DNA of 63,539 nucleotides, counting the filler, from Stramenopiles sp. TOSAG23-3 (taxonomy: Eukaryota): assembly GCA_900128585.1 (NCBI GenBank). It is 51 parts of 51 records of this genome, joined end to end, with 100 filler letters (N's around TTAATTAATTAA, not from the genome) between each part and the next. Parts side by side here need not be neighbours in the genome. Positions count along the whole stretch, not along the records: positions 1 to 1,158 come from LT646365.1; positions 1,259 to 2,416 come from LT646366.1; positions 2,517 to 3,673 come from LT646367.1; positions 3,774 to 4,930 come from LT646368.1; positions 5,031 to 6,187 come from LT646369.1; positions 6,288 to 7,443 come from LT646370.1; positions 7,544 to 8,699 come from LT646371.1; positions 8,800 to 9,954 come from LT646372.1; 43 more parts are not named here. The stretch is one strand, 5' to 3'. The translations under genes and the position numbers were made by a program. The notes beneath the pieces are model-generated. The model did no database searches and was not told where the DNA came from. It saw nothing but the letters and a program-made list of their open reading frames with translations. This document shows, piece by piece, positions 1 through 10,331 of the stretch (its first letter is position 1; each line of letters starts with the position of its first letter).

Positions 1-1
1 G

Positions 2-1158
2 AAAAAGGGCAAAGGCGGCAAGAACCGACTCTGGAGAAAGGGCATCCTTGACTTGAAACGTTGCGACCTGACCGACCCGCACCTTCGAGCACTTTGTGAA
101 GCTTTGAGAAGGTTTCCCTGCATTCGATCGGTAGATCTACGGTACAATTTTTTGTCAACAGAGACGACCGACAACATTCTGCAGCTGCTGAAAGACCAGT
201 ACGAAAGCTGCACGGAGACAGATTACCACACATCTCGATGCAGAAACTGCCACGAGGACGTTCAGTTTCGGAAGCGCGACGGGTTTGCAGCGATGTGCCT
301 CATGTGCGGCACAAAAGCCTACCGGCCTATATACAATCTGATAAAGGTCTCCATCAAGGAGAAGAACCCGACAGCGGAGAGTATGCTCAAATGGTACGTT
401 GTTGACTGCGACGAAGACTTGACAACAAAACTGATCACGGCGATGAAAACCCACGAGCCCATGTCTGTTCCTAAATTCAAACGCTTTTGTGCCAAGGTAT
501 TGAACTCTCACGTTTCAAAGTGGGAAAAGAAAATGGACGCGGAATTTGAGGAAAGGACAAAGAAGATGAGGAAAAAATCGAATGCCAGGGTAACCTTGGA
601 GAAGCTGCACAAATTTCGAAAGGAAAGGTTGTTCAACTCCTTTCGACGCTTTATTACGAACAAAACAAAAGGCCACTACCTCCGAATTTATCGAACCCAA
701 GCATCTTACGAGCTTCAAGAAATTATGAAAAGCACAGTCAAACAAATGGGCGCGGACACAGAGCGATCGTTTGAGCCCATCTACCCGACCACCACTGAAA
801 ATATCCTAAAAATTACCCAACAGTTGCACCACGAGTCCAAAGAGCGCATTCGTAACACCAAATGGCACGTCCCGAGATTGATGAAGATGCTGTACGAAAT
901 AGTATTCAAGGGGGCACGCGACTTGTACCGTCACTACGCTAGCCTGAACTTGGACAACCTTCCGTTCCAAGTGGAGGCAGGGGACACATACACCACCGTA
1001 GCGATGCAGTCCGGGCGGGTTATGACCTTCGGCAACCAGGACGATATCCAAAGCGGTTTTCGAGACGAGATTATGCAAAATTTGCCCAAAAAGTTTCGGC
1101 GCATGATCGAAAAGCAGCGGAAAAAGAACATCAGGAAAGAAACCAGAAAGTTGCAGAT
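2..1158 (+). CDS. Partial protein with an RI-type LRR and an RCC1-like repeat fragment
   Basis: Open across the contig; LDLKRCDLTD...LCEALRRFPCIRSVDLRYNFLS (LRR); VEAGDTYTTVAMQSGRVMTFG (RCC1-like). Confidence 0.6.
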
Positions 1159-1258
1159 NNNNNNNNNNNNNNNNNNNNNNNNNNNNNNNNNNNNNNNNNN
1201 NNTTAATTAATTAANNNNNNNNNNNNNNNNNNNNNNNNNNNNNNNNNNNNNNNNNNNN
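1159..1258. other. Artificial contig spacer (first of 50 identical N44-TTAATTAATTAA-N44 linkers, one about every 1.25 kb)
   Basis: Identical 100-bp unit throughout; TTAATTAATTAA gives stops in all six frames; contig lengths fall steadily from 1158 to 1139 bp. Confidence 0.99.
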
Positions 1259-1290
1259 AAGACACAAAATTTACGTTCTTCCAGGAAGTT

Positions 1291-2154
1291 TCAGTGCTTG
1301 CTAATTTTTGCATATATACCTCTAACAGTCTTTGCCGAGTATCTATCGACGTGCACTGGTCGTCCCATGGAACACACGGGGCCATTTAAGTCTGGCTGCC
1401 ATTCCGTAGTGGTCAGGTTGGTCGTGTTACTCCACACCGAGACAGGGGCAAAGCACCGTTGCCTCATCACTCCACCGTATAACTTTACGAAAATTAGTCC
1501 AAATATGGCAAAAACAAATGCACCCAAATACATCACATTCAGCAAGTTCGGCACAGCGTTTAATATACCCGAAACGATTTGTTTCATCCCATCAATACTG
1601 TTGGCAGTTCGGAGTATTTTAAGCGCGCGAATAGCCCGGACGGCGGAGAAATTAAAGGCAGCTGGGTTTGTTTCAAAAATAACATCCATGATCGATGGCG
1701 CCCACCCGAGAATTACCACCACAAAATCCATTCTATTCCACCCGTACGAAAAATAATGCTTGCCGGTGCTCACAATCTTTACAATGCATTCTATAGTGAA
1801 CATAACGTTAAAAAATATTTCAAAAGCATTCAACGTTCTGTTCAGAGTAGTAGTCGGATCCTTGTCTAGTGGATTACTAAACAGCAGAGTTATTGAATTA
1901 GCAAAAATTAGAAGCATGACAACAGTGTCGAACCATTTGTGTAAAAATATTTTAATGCAAAGCTTTCTCAACCCGCAAATTTTGTCCATTCCACATACTT
2001 TAGGGCTCAATTGCTCATCTTTTGTCAAAGCAGGGTCCTTCTCCTCGAATGGATTTTTGCGATGAGCCCGCAGCAGCATCAACGAAATGTCCGCAAAATT
2101 AAGCTTGTCGGGCCCCCGCCGCAATTTGCGGCTGCGGGCGAAAGCTCGAGGCAT
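1291..2154 (-). CDS. Voltage-gated cation (Na+/Ca2+-type) channel, N-terminus and first S1-S5 repeat, partial
   Basis: WFDTVVMLLIFANSITL (S1), FTIECIVKI (S2), WNRMDFVVV (S3), RAIRALKILR (S4), IFGLIFVKLYGGVMRQRC (S5); homology is lost near 1370. Confidence 0.85.
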   Translation of the reverse strand: MPRAFARSRKLRRGPDKLNFADISLMLLRAHRKNPFEEKDPALTKDEQLSPKVCGMDKICGLRKLCIKIFLHKWFDTVVMLLIFANSITLLFSNPLDKDPTTTLNRTLNAFEIFFNVMFTIECIVKIVSTGKHYFSYGWNRMDFVVVILGWAPSIMDVIFETNPAAFNFSAVRAIRALKILRTANSIDGMKQIVSGILNAVPNLLNVMYLGAFVFAIFGLIFVKLYGGVMRQRCFAPVSVWSNTTNLTTTEWQPDLNGPVCSMGRPVHVDRYSAKTVRGIYAKISKH

Positions 2155-2521
2155 GGTTCTGAAGTGCTCCCCGACACAGAACTTTTTCTCGCTATCCTAG
2201 TCTATCTATTACCCCAGATCTATTTCTTTATGAACGCATTTCTTTCGTGGATTCATGTTTGAGTACTTTCTGGAACATCGAACTATAAGAGATAACTTAC
2301 TTGATGTACATATTGTTCGGTTATCTGCAGGTAGCACGTTGGCGAAAAATATATTGTGTGATATGGAGCGATCTAGTGTTGCCCACAACTTACGAAGCTG
2401 TAACACGTACTTGCGTNNNNNNNNNNNNNNNNNNNNNNNNNNNNNNNNNNNNNNNNNNNNTTAATTAATTAANNNNNNNNNNNNNNNNNNNNNNNNNNNN
2501 NNNNNNNNNNNNNNNNGTATT

Positions 2522-3673
2522 TTATTTTAAAAGTCTTCGTTGCTTACTCCGCGCTCTGCAGGGGCAGATGCAGGAGGGTGAGACTCTTATATATTTCATT
2601 TCTGTTGATTCAGACTTGACATGGCCTCTCTTGCTACCATGCCCAACACAGCATTTCTTGCCGTTGCTGCAGAAGGCGTCCGTTAACTTTCCAATGCAAG
2701 GGTCTGTTCTTATGTTCACACATACACCTTCTTGACTTGTATCAAACAGAGACTTGGCAACCCCTCTGGAGCGTGGTCGATGTGAAGGCTCATACTGACC
2801 TCCACACAGAGGACCATCAGGAATTTTAGAAATTAACTTCTGTGAATTGATTTCAAGGAGGGACTTACCCGTACATTTGGCTTTCTTAAAGATGTTCGAA
2901 AGTTTATTCGAGTTTTCTTCTGCTGAATAAAATGTCCCACCAGCAATTTTGCACTTTAATCTATGCGTCTTTTCTTGAAAATCTTCTTCTTTCGAATCAA
3001 AAGTTAAGCGCATTTGCTTGTATGACTCGCATTCGCAACATGGATGGTCAGTTCGTATTATATCTACCCGTTTATTGACCAGTCGTCCACTCGGGTTATC
3101 TTCCCCACTACCGAAGTGGTTGGGTTCAATCGGGTTTATTTCACCATTTGTATATGGGCAATTTTCAAGCGCACTGTACTGAATATCAAATGAGTCAGCA
3201 CATAGTGATGGGTCTAGCGTCGAATGTCGGGTGTATATTGACCTTCCACCCGACAAAGAAGCCCGCGAACTTCTCCTGCAAATTGGGCATGTAGGTATTT
3301 CGAGTTTTCGTTCAATAGATTCCCAATCACCACTGAGTTGGCTCATACGTTTAATTTTATTATACAGTGATACAGCTCTTTGCAAACCCAACTTTAAATT
3401 TTCCCCCTTGAACTGCCCGTGCTTACTATCCGTGTGACCCACGAGCTTAAAACGCCCACCAGGAGATCTCAGCAAGCAGACAAAATCGTGCACATACTTT
3501 TCACTTTCACTTCTTATATCGTAACTATTGTTCTTAAACCAAACATTTCCATACGACGCCAAACATCCTCCAGAGTCTGCGGCTGAAGGAACTGGAGGCG
3601 GTGGTGGAGGCAGAGGTTTCGGCTCAGATGCGCAAGAGCACAAACAAGAAGCCGGGACATTTGTACGATAACG
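2522..3673 (-). CDS. Cys-rich protein with an OmpA-like (peptidoglycan-binding) domain, 5'-partial
   Basis: NVWFKNNSYDIR...LVGHTDS...NLKLGLQRAVSL...GEINPIEPN...DNPSGRLVNKRVDI; frame open to the contig edge. Confidence 0.75.
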   Translation of the reverse strand, partial: RYRTNVPASCLCSCASEPKPLPPPPPPVPSAADSGGCLASYGNVWFKNNSYDIRSESEKYVHDFVCLLRSPGGRFKLVGHTDSKHGQFKGENLKLGLQRAVSLYNKIKRMSQLSGDWESIERKLEIPTCPICRRSSRASLSGGRSIYTRHSTLDPSLCADSFDIQYSALENCPYTNGEINPIEPNHFGSGEDNPSGRLVNKRVDIIRTDHPCCECESYKQMRLTFDSKEEDFQEKTHRLKCKIAGGTFYSAEENSNKLSNIFKKAKCTGKSLLEINSQKLISKIPDGPLCGGQYEPSHRPRSRGVAKSLFDTSQEGVCVNIRTDPCIGKLTDAFCSNGKKCCVGHGSKRGHVKSESTEMKYIRVSPSCICPCRARSKQRRLLK

Positions 3674-3774
3674 NNNNNNNNNNNNNNNNNNNNNNNNNNN
3701 NNNNNNNNNNNNNNNNNTTAATTAATTAANNNNNNNNNNNNNNNNNNNNNNNNNNNNNNNNNNNNNNNNNNNNG

Positions 3775-4674
3775 AGAGCGAAGGAAAGAAGAAGCCGATC
3801 ACCTTCTATGCCGCAGAATACTGCCCCACCAAATATTTGTAAAGTTTACCTTACCATGGATTTAAGCTTTTTCAAAGGATGGTATATGGTAGGTACTGCA
3901 CGTGTTGAGTTCCTCAAATTTTTTAACAAACTCAAAGGCGATAAAAAGTTTTCTCTCCACCTTGTAGAACTACCAGCACTGGCGGACGAGGACACAGAAA
4001 ATTTGCATGAAAAATCGAGAATAGGTCCGTTTAAAAAAATCCCTCGTATCGCAGCGGGGGAAAGTGGAGAAATTATAAGTATTAGTGATCAATATACCAG
4101 AGACCTCAAAAAACATCTTGAAGAGAAAAGGGGACCAAGAAGAGGTGATTGTATCACAATATTCTGTTCTGCGAACGGCAACCTACTGCAAAACATATCT
4201 TGTCGGGTACATCAAACGGACGACTTTTGTCTGTTCAATCCTGGGCATATTAGACGATTTATTGAACACCGGTCTAATGATTTTAAACACTTTCTGAGCA
4301 AGCAACAAAGAAGTGAAAGAGAAAAATCATGGAGTCCCATTCATCGCTACGATCGTCGGTCTAGGTCTAGTTCGAGATCAAGGAGTCCATGTCGGTCGTG
4401 GCAAAAGACAACTCAAAATAGCCGTAATTTGGAATGTCGACCTCGTTCTAGATCTAACAGCCCTTTTGTGGCAATTCAGCAACACCGAGGCGGCAATCAA
4501 CGTCGATACAATGGACGAACTCGAAGGGGCTCGTATAATGGAGGAAGTCGCGGCGGCAGAGAAAGATTTGATGGCAGATACGATCAAAGAGCTCGAGGGA
4601 ACTCATATATTCCTCGTAATGGAGGAAGTGGAGGCGACGGAGAATGGTCCACGGGTTACAGAAACAGAAGATAA
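3775..4674 (+). CDS. Hypothetical protein with an RS/RGG-rich C-terminus (possibly RNA-associated)
   Basis: Long ORF; RSRSSSRSRSP and RGG-rich tail. Confidence 0.55.
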   Translation, partial: RAKERRSRSPSMPQNTAPPNICKVYLTMDLSFFKGWYMVGTARVEFLKFFNKLKGDKKFSLHLVELPALADEDTENLHEKSRIGPFKKIPRIAAGESGEIISISDQYTRDLKKHLEEKRGPRRGDCITIFCSANGNLLQNISCRVHQTDDFCLFNPGHIRRFIEHRSNDFKHFLSKQQRSEREKSWSPIHRYDRRSRSSSRSRSPCRSWQKTTQNSRNLECRPRSRSNSPFVAIQQHRGGNQRRYNGRTRRGSYNGGSRGGRERFDGRYDQRARGNSYIPRNGGSGGDGEWSTGYRNRR

Positions 4675-5359
4675 ACCTCCTAACACAAAAATATTTTTAA
4701 AGCTTTCTCTGTTATTACGAGATATTATTATCTAATTCTTAAAAATGTTAATAAAAACGCATTTTACGTGTTTTTTTATTTAAGTTCTAATATAGCATAC
4801 GAATACTTCCTTCCATAATGGATGGCTTAACGCGAATTAGTATACATATAGTACAAAACTGTCGAGGCATTTGGCGTGCCTCTCTTATATTATATAGACT
4901 ATAATGTACACAGGGTTCGAAAGAAATGCGNNNNNNNNNNNNNNNNNNNNNNNNNNNNNNNNNNNNNNNNNNNNTTAATTAATTAANNNNNNNNNNNNNN
5001 NNNNNNNNNNNNNNNNNNNNNNNNNNNNNNTTATTATCTGGTGATAATATTGCTTTTCCTTTTAAAGGCGAATTGTACTCAACAAAACATTCCAAATCCC
5101 AATTATAGTATTAATTATTTTTTTAACCTTATACTTATTTAAAATACTTTAAAACATACTATATAATTATTTTTTTAAAATACTTTGGGCATAGAACCAC
5201 CAGTATTTTGTTTTAATTTAAGTATCTCCGGAAGGTAAAACAATTTTTATGTGACGCTAAAAAGAAAATAAGAAATTAAAAAATCAAATTAAAAAATCGA
5301 AATAGGATTAGGGTTGGATTTGAAGTAGTAATTTGATTTAAAATGAGAGTCTTAAAACA

Positions 5360-5405
5360 TACTACGGTACCTAGGTACCGGGTACCGGTACCGGGTACCG
5401 TAGTA
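5360..5405. repeat. Palindromic cluster of five GGTACC units inside a 12-bp inverted repeat
   Basis: tactacggtacc...ggtaccgtagta; GGTACC at 5366, 5374, 5381, 5387 and 5394. Confidence 0.9.
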
Positions 5406-5569
5406 GCCTACTATATAATTTGTTTTTTTCATACGGAGTAACTTTATCTTCTTCATGTACCGCGAATGTAAATTAAAACAAAATGGTGAGTTACTACGTT
5501 TTTCGTAAGCGTAACCATACAACAGAACGACCATCGGATAATTTTAGAAAGTTTCGCAAGCTGCTTTCT

Positions 5570-6163
5570 CTACACTTCCCCTTCAAATACTTCGTTCAAT
5601 TCAATGAAATTGCCGTCGGGATCAAAGAAGGAATTTCCCCATACAGTAATTGTGTTGCCCTTTACACCTGGATATTTGTCGATGCTGCCTTCGCTGACGA
5701 TATTTACGCCCGGCACTTGCTTCAACTTTTCCATGCGTGCTTTTACTCCTGTTGTGTTCATTAACATCACAGAATCGCCGACTTGCATCAATTTCCTTGG
5801 GCCATCGGGCCGGATAGGAATTGGCTTATCAATGTACGATAGAAGCCCCAAAACGCCAACCTGGTGATCGTGAAAGCTCTTCAAAAAAACCAAGCGCCCT
5901 TTCGCATCGAACACTCCTGTGGGCAAGCCCTTTCCGCCGATCGGCAAAATTTTATCAAAGACAATTTGAAGCCCTAAGATATCCTGGTATATTTTCAGGC
6001 TTGAATCTATATCAGAGACAAGCAATGTAGTCCTTCGCAGCAGAGTTGGGGGAAGATCACTCTGATTCGGCGGCGAAGACTCTACATATTTTCTCTTCCA
6101 ATACAAATACGAAGCAGCAAATGAGGACACTGCCACAAACGCTATCGCATTAGGAAAAGACAT
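5570..6163 (-). CDS. VOC/glyoxalase-family protein with an N-terminal membrane anchor
   Basis: LRRTTLLVSDIDSSLKIYQDILGL and FFDPDGNFIELNE are VOC motifs; hydrophobic N-terminus followed by WKRK. Confidence 0.85.
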   Translation of the reverse strand: MSFPNAIAFVAVSSFAASYLYWKRKYVESSPPNQSDLPPTLLRRTTLLVSDIDSSLKIYQDILGLQIVFDKILPIGGKGLPTGVFDAKGRLVFLKSFHDHQVGVLGLLSYIDKPIPIRPDGPRKLMQVGDSVMLMNTTGVKARMEKLKQVPGVNIVSEGSIDKYPGVKGNTITVWGNSFFDPDGNFIELNEVFEGEV

Positions 6164-6288
6164 TGTTCGTTCTGTTGCAATACCGGGNNNNNNNNNNNNN
6201 NNNNNNNNNNNNNNNNNNNNNNNNNNNNNNNTTAATTAATTAANNNNNNNNNNNNNNNNNNNNNNNNNNNNNNNNNNNNNNNNNNNNA

Positions 6289-7443
6289 AATCCAGTTGGG
6301 ACGGCGCTGGTGGCAATCAATGCAGTTGTAAAGTGCGGAGTCGATGCTGTGGAATCAATGAGGTCGTGGGCGATGTGGGACAAGAAACTCACGGAGACGG
6401 AATGTGCCGCCAGCATACAAAGGTATTTGCACACGACGGAGACGTTGGAAATTATCAAGCTGACAGCAATGATAGGGGAAACGGCCCTTCTAGACGACGA
6501 AAACGATTTCAATAGACTGGATCCTTTGTTGGAAAATACACAACGGATGTGCGACACAGTCTCAATGGCACGGGCGACAGCGTTTTCAACAGCGGAGCGG
6601 AAGTGCACAGACAAAGCTGCTGTCCGGGCAGCGTTTATGATAGCGGACATAGAGCTTGGCGCCATGGATTGCGATCAACTATTTGCTGATGTAGCAGTGT
6701 CCAAATTGTCGAAATTGGCTGGTACTAAGAAGGACCAGCCTGAAACAGAAACGATCGACCCACTTGCGCGACAGAAAATGGAGCAGATCCATGGGGTTGG
6801 GTTGAGCAGTAACGTGCAACTGATGTTTGAGGCTGCCAAAGCCAATGCATTCACGGGGGATGTAACGACGGCCAACATTGTCAACATGCTCATGAAACGA
6901 AGCAAAGAGAACCTTGGTTTGAATCCAGATGGAGCAAATAAATTCGAAATTATGATTCCCATTGTGGCAGGTACTGACATCAGTATAAAGCGATTGATCG
7001 GGGAAAAGGCTGTTGAGTTCGCGAAATATCTCAAGACTGCCCAGATCGATGGATTTGTAGGTGGAGCGAAGGTGGGAGATGCAATAACAAAGTTGGTCGC
7101 GGAGGGTGTGGACGGTCTTCCGGCATTTGGGCAGACCATTGCAACGTATTCCGGGGAAAACATTCAAGGTAGTGTGTCAAAAAATTTGCAACAGAACGTA
7201 TTGCAGCCTATCCTGCAGAAAGTAGTGGCAAGTAGTGGAGGTCAGTTGGTGGCCCTTCTGCCTGAAAGCTTATCCAGCATGGTGAAGGCGAAACTTGGTG
7301 GCGCGAGCGGATTGCTTTCCGGCGTACTCGGCAAACTTTTAACAAAATCTATCAAGGGTAAGGCAGCAGACCTCAGCAAGACTATACTGGAGTATTTCCT
7401 AAAAAACGACGTGAAAAAGAGTGAGGGCATGTTCAAGAATTCT
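6289..7443 (+). CDS. Hypothetical helical protein, partial
   Basis: Open across the whole contig; no recognised motif. Confidence 0.6.
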
Positions 7444-8138
7444 NNNNNNNNNNNNNNNNNNNNNNNNNNNNNNNNNNNNNNNNNNNNTTAATTAATTAAN
7501 NNNNNNNNNNNNNNNNNNNNNNNNNNNNNNNNNNNNNNNNNNNCATGTGTACGATAATGGCTATAATCGTATTATTTCGTTTAGTTTTTTAGTTGTTCAA
7601 AGCTGCCCAAAACTAAAACTTTTTTTCATAAATCGGAAAACAGCCACAAAACAACAGCAAAACGGAATTATTTGTACCAATGCTCTGTCCTGCTTGAAAA
7701 AAGTAGTCATTTTTTCTACATTTTTTAGGACGGCGCGCATCCTTCCTTCTTGCAATGCTGTCATGCTGTCCTATTTTATTACATTCCATTGTATTATTAT
7801 TATAAATAACACAATGACTGCTGTGTGTTGTGATTGAATTATTATTACATTTTATATTATTAATACCATATTTATTGAGATGAGATGAGGATAATAATAA
7901 ATATGTGTTTCATTCTCCTACTAAATTATACTTTCAACTTTTATAATTGTATACTTAAAGATATAAAACAATTTCATCGTTCTTGTTATTCCAAAAAACA
8001 TTCATGTTACCGTTGCATGTTACACGCATTGATCATCCAAGGGCTTGATTCGGAGCGAACGCTTCTTCTTCCCCAAGCACACAACCGCCTGGCCCTCGCC
8101 GCTCGCCGCTCGCCCCGGCAAGGGACCGTACGCAAGCC

Positions 8139-8699
8139 ATGGCGAGCCTCGCGGCAGATTCCAAGGCCGTGGTGCTCTACAATGCCTTGAGGTCGGAAAA
8201 GGTCGTACTACCAAACCTACACCGGGCCGGGCCGGGCGATCCCACCCACTACGTCGCGGAGGCGTGCCTGTTCTGGAGCCTGGGCACGGGGAAAATCGTC
8301 AACGTCATTGAAAAGACGGGCGGCGCCGACGACGAGGAGGGCTTCGCGGGCGCCATAGAGGCATACCTCGCGTCGCTCGCCGACCCCGCCTCGGGGACCC
8401 GGGTCGTTCACGGCGCGCCGTTTGACTTTAAGGCGGCGGTGGTTGCCCCGGGGCTCGTCGACTTAAACGCGTGCCTGTTCGACGTGGAAAATGGCCCAGA
8501 GTCCATCTCGAAGGCCACCAAGTCCGCGGCCGCGGGCGGGGTCACGTGCGTCGTCGACCTCCCACGGTCGGACCACGGGGGGTTCGCCGTTCGCTGCGAC
8601 GCCCTGGGGGAGCACGAGAAGCAGGTCGATGTTGTCCCCATCGCAAACATCAGCGAGGTGTACACGGGGGGCGACGTGGTGATCGACGGGGTCCAGGTC
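8139..8699 (+). CDS. Allantoinase/dihydroorotase-like amidohydrolase N-terminus, 3'-partial, metal-binding HxH absent
   Basis: DFKAAVVAPGLVDLNAC...ESISKATKSAAAGGVTCVVDLP; ccATGg start context. Confidence 0.7.
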
Positions 8700-8863
8700 N
8701 NNNNNNNNNNNNNNNNNNNNNNNNNNNNNNNNNNNNNNNNNNNTTAATTAATTAANNNNNNNNNNNNNNNNNNNNNNNNNNNNNNNNNNNNNNNNNNNNC
8801 GTTCTATGGCGTCCTTCTCACGCTTTCTTGCTTGAACGGCTTCCTTGTGTGCCTTTTTCGCAT

Positions 8864-9952
8864 CTATAACTTCTTGCCATCCAGGCGCAAGTATTGGTAG
8901 CCTTTTGAGGTCATGAACTTTCCAAGAATATCAAGGACTTTTGTGTAGCAGCTGAACAGAAGCAGTTTGTTTCCACACTTCTTCCAAATCGGCAAGAGCT
9001 TTTCCAATACTCGCATTTTCCCGCAATGTTCAGTACTGGCCAAATCCATTAGCCGCGATTGTGGCTGCAGCCCTCCAACCGCTTCCAGCTGCTCTTCACC
9101 GAACGCCATTCTTGCAAAATCAGAATAGTACTTTTGATCCTCCTCTGAATGGTCCGGACGAGGTTTCAATAGCTCCAAGTGGCACCCGATCTTCGTCAGC
9201 CACGCCATACATCCTAAAGCGACACAATTCGGGCAATTTTTGCAAGCGCCCCCAGCCGGGTGGGATCGTGGCCAGACTAGCCCCTCTGGGCACGTCTGGT
9301 GGCAGCATTTGCCTCTCTCCATGGGCCTCCCACAATCGCATGGTTCGTTCTTTCTAATGATCATTTGGAAATCTGGAGATTTCAACACACGATCGTATAC
9401 AGCAAGCTGAGAATCACTCATTCTGCAAAAAATAACCTTTTCTTCTTTAATAGGGAGCTGGTCTGCAATAATGGTCTTAAAGCGTTGCAGAATCATTTTC
9501 GATATCAGCTTTTCCAGCTTTTCGCGCACATGGCTCGCCCTGCCCAGGACTCTTCGCGAAGCCGTGCGTTTTCGCCCCTGCAATATCGGTGTTCGGTACT
9601 CAATTTTAAAATCGGACTCGTCCCCCAGACTCCCCGGGCATATCGTGTCAAAAAAGCACCACAGTTCCATTAAGTCGTTTTGCAATGGGGTCCCAGTCAG
9701 AGCTAGCTTGCACTTGATCTTGCTCAACTTCTGCACAGCGGCTCCAAGCTTTGTCTTCCGGGACTTCAGCCGGTGCGCTTCGTCGAAGATGATGCATGCC
9801 CATTTTATTTCTTTGATAAATAAGACGTGTTTGACCAGGGCCTCGTAGGACATTAAAATAATTTCGGTGGCCCCAAAGCGTGCTTGTTGGAGTTTCTCGT
9901 AGCCTTCCTTTCCACGGCATATTTCCACTTCAAAACAACCCCACACGCTTAG
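8864..9952 (-). CDS. ERCC6L2: SNF2-family helicase, ERCC6L2 (Rad26-like)/plant SWI2 type, partial
   Basis: IIFDEAHRLK, LTGTPLQNDLMELW, LP.KEEKVIFC, subfamily insert EPCDCG...CC, CGKMRVLEKLL, YLRLDG. Confidence 0.8.
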   Translation of the reverse strand, partial: LSVWGCFEVEICRGKEGYEKLQQARFGATEIILMSYEALVKHVLFIKEIKWACIIFDEAHRLKSRKTKLGAAVQKLSKIKCKLALTGTPLQNDLMELWCFFDTICPGSLGDESDFKIEYRTPILQGRKRTASRRVLGRASHVREKLEKLISKMILQRFKTIIADQLPIKEEKVIFCRMSDSQLAVYDRVLKSPDFQMIIRKNEPCDCGRPMERGKCCHQTCPEGLVWPRSHPAGGACKNCPNCVALGCMAWLTKIGCHLELLKPRPDHSEEDQKYYSDFARMAFGEEQLEAVGGLQPQSRLMDLASTEHCGKMRVLEKLLPIWKKCGNKLLLFSCYTKVLDILGKFMTSKGYQYLRLDGKKL

Positions 9953-10054
9953 CTNNNNNNNNNNNNNNNNNNNNNNNNNNNNNNNNNNNNNNNNNNNNTT
10001 AATTAATTAANNNNNNNNNNNNNNNNNNNNNNNNNNNNNNNNNNNNNNNNNNNN

Positions 10055-10331
10055 ATGTTTGTGATGTTTGTGATGTTTGTGATGTTTGTGATGAATCTAT
10101 TAACTACATATTTTGTATTGTTATTTTCCTATTTATCATTTTTAAGGAATTAAATATCAAAATATTAGTATTATCTCAATTGGAGATTAGAACTTTACAT
10201 TTTGTTACTTACACAACATTTAAATAGGCAAATAGACTTTTTGACTACATATACCTATCAAACTCTATATTTATAGTATTAATGACGAGCTATAAAACAT
10301 CACAAACATCACAAACATCACAAACATCACA
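10055..10331. repeat. Inverted pair of tandem 9-mer arrays, (ATGTTTGTG)~4 and (CACAAACAT)~4, around about 200 bp of AT-rich DNA
   Basis: Arrays at about 10055-10093 and 10295-10331 are reverse complements. Confidence 0.9.

Noticed and set aside
1259-1380. Channel ending after S5 as a novel pore-less channel
   Set aside because: The break lies about 100 bp from the contig edge; an intron, frameshift error or chimera is more likely
5303-5320. TTAGGG-like telomeric sequence (also about 27250 and about 46648)
   Set aside because: Single degenerate units, not arrays; treated as a module of the dispersed repeat
8800-8880. Early stop after YLRLDG in the ERCC6L2-like gene as readthrough or a truncated isoform
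   Set aside because: The downstream DNA reads as unrelated coiled-coil coding sequence in another frame (QEVIDAKKAHKEAVQARKREKDAIE); probably a chimeric junction or an intron
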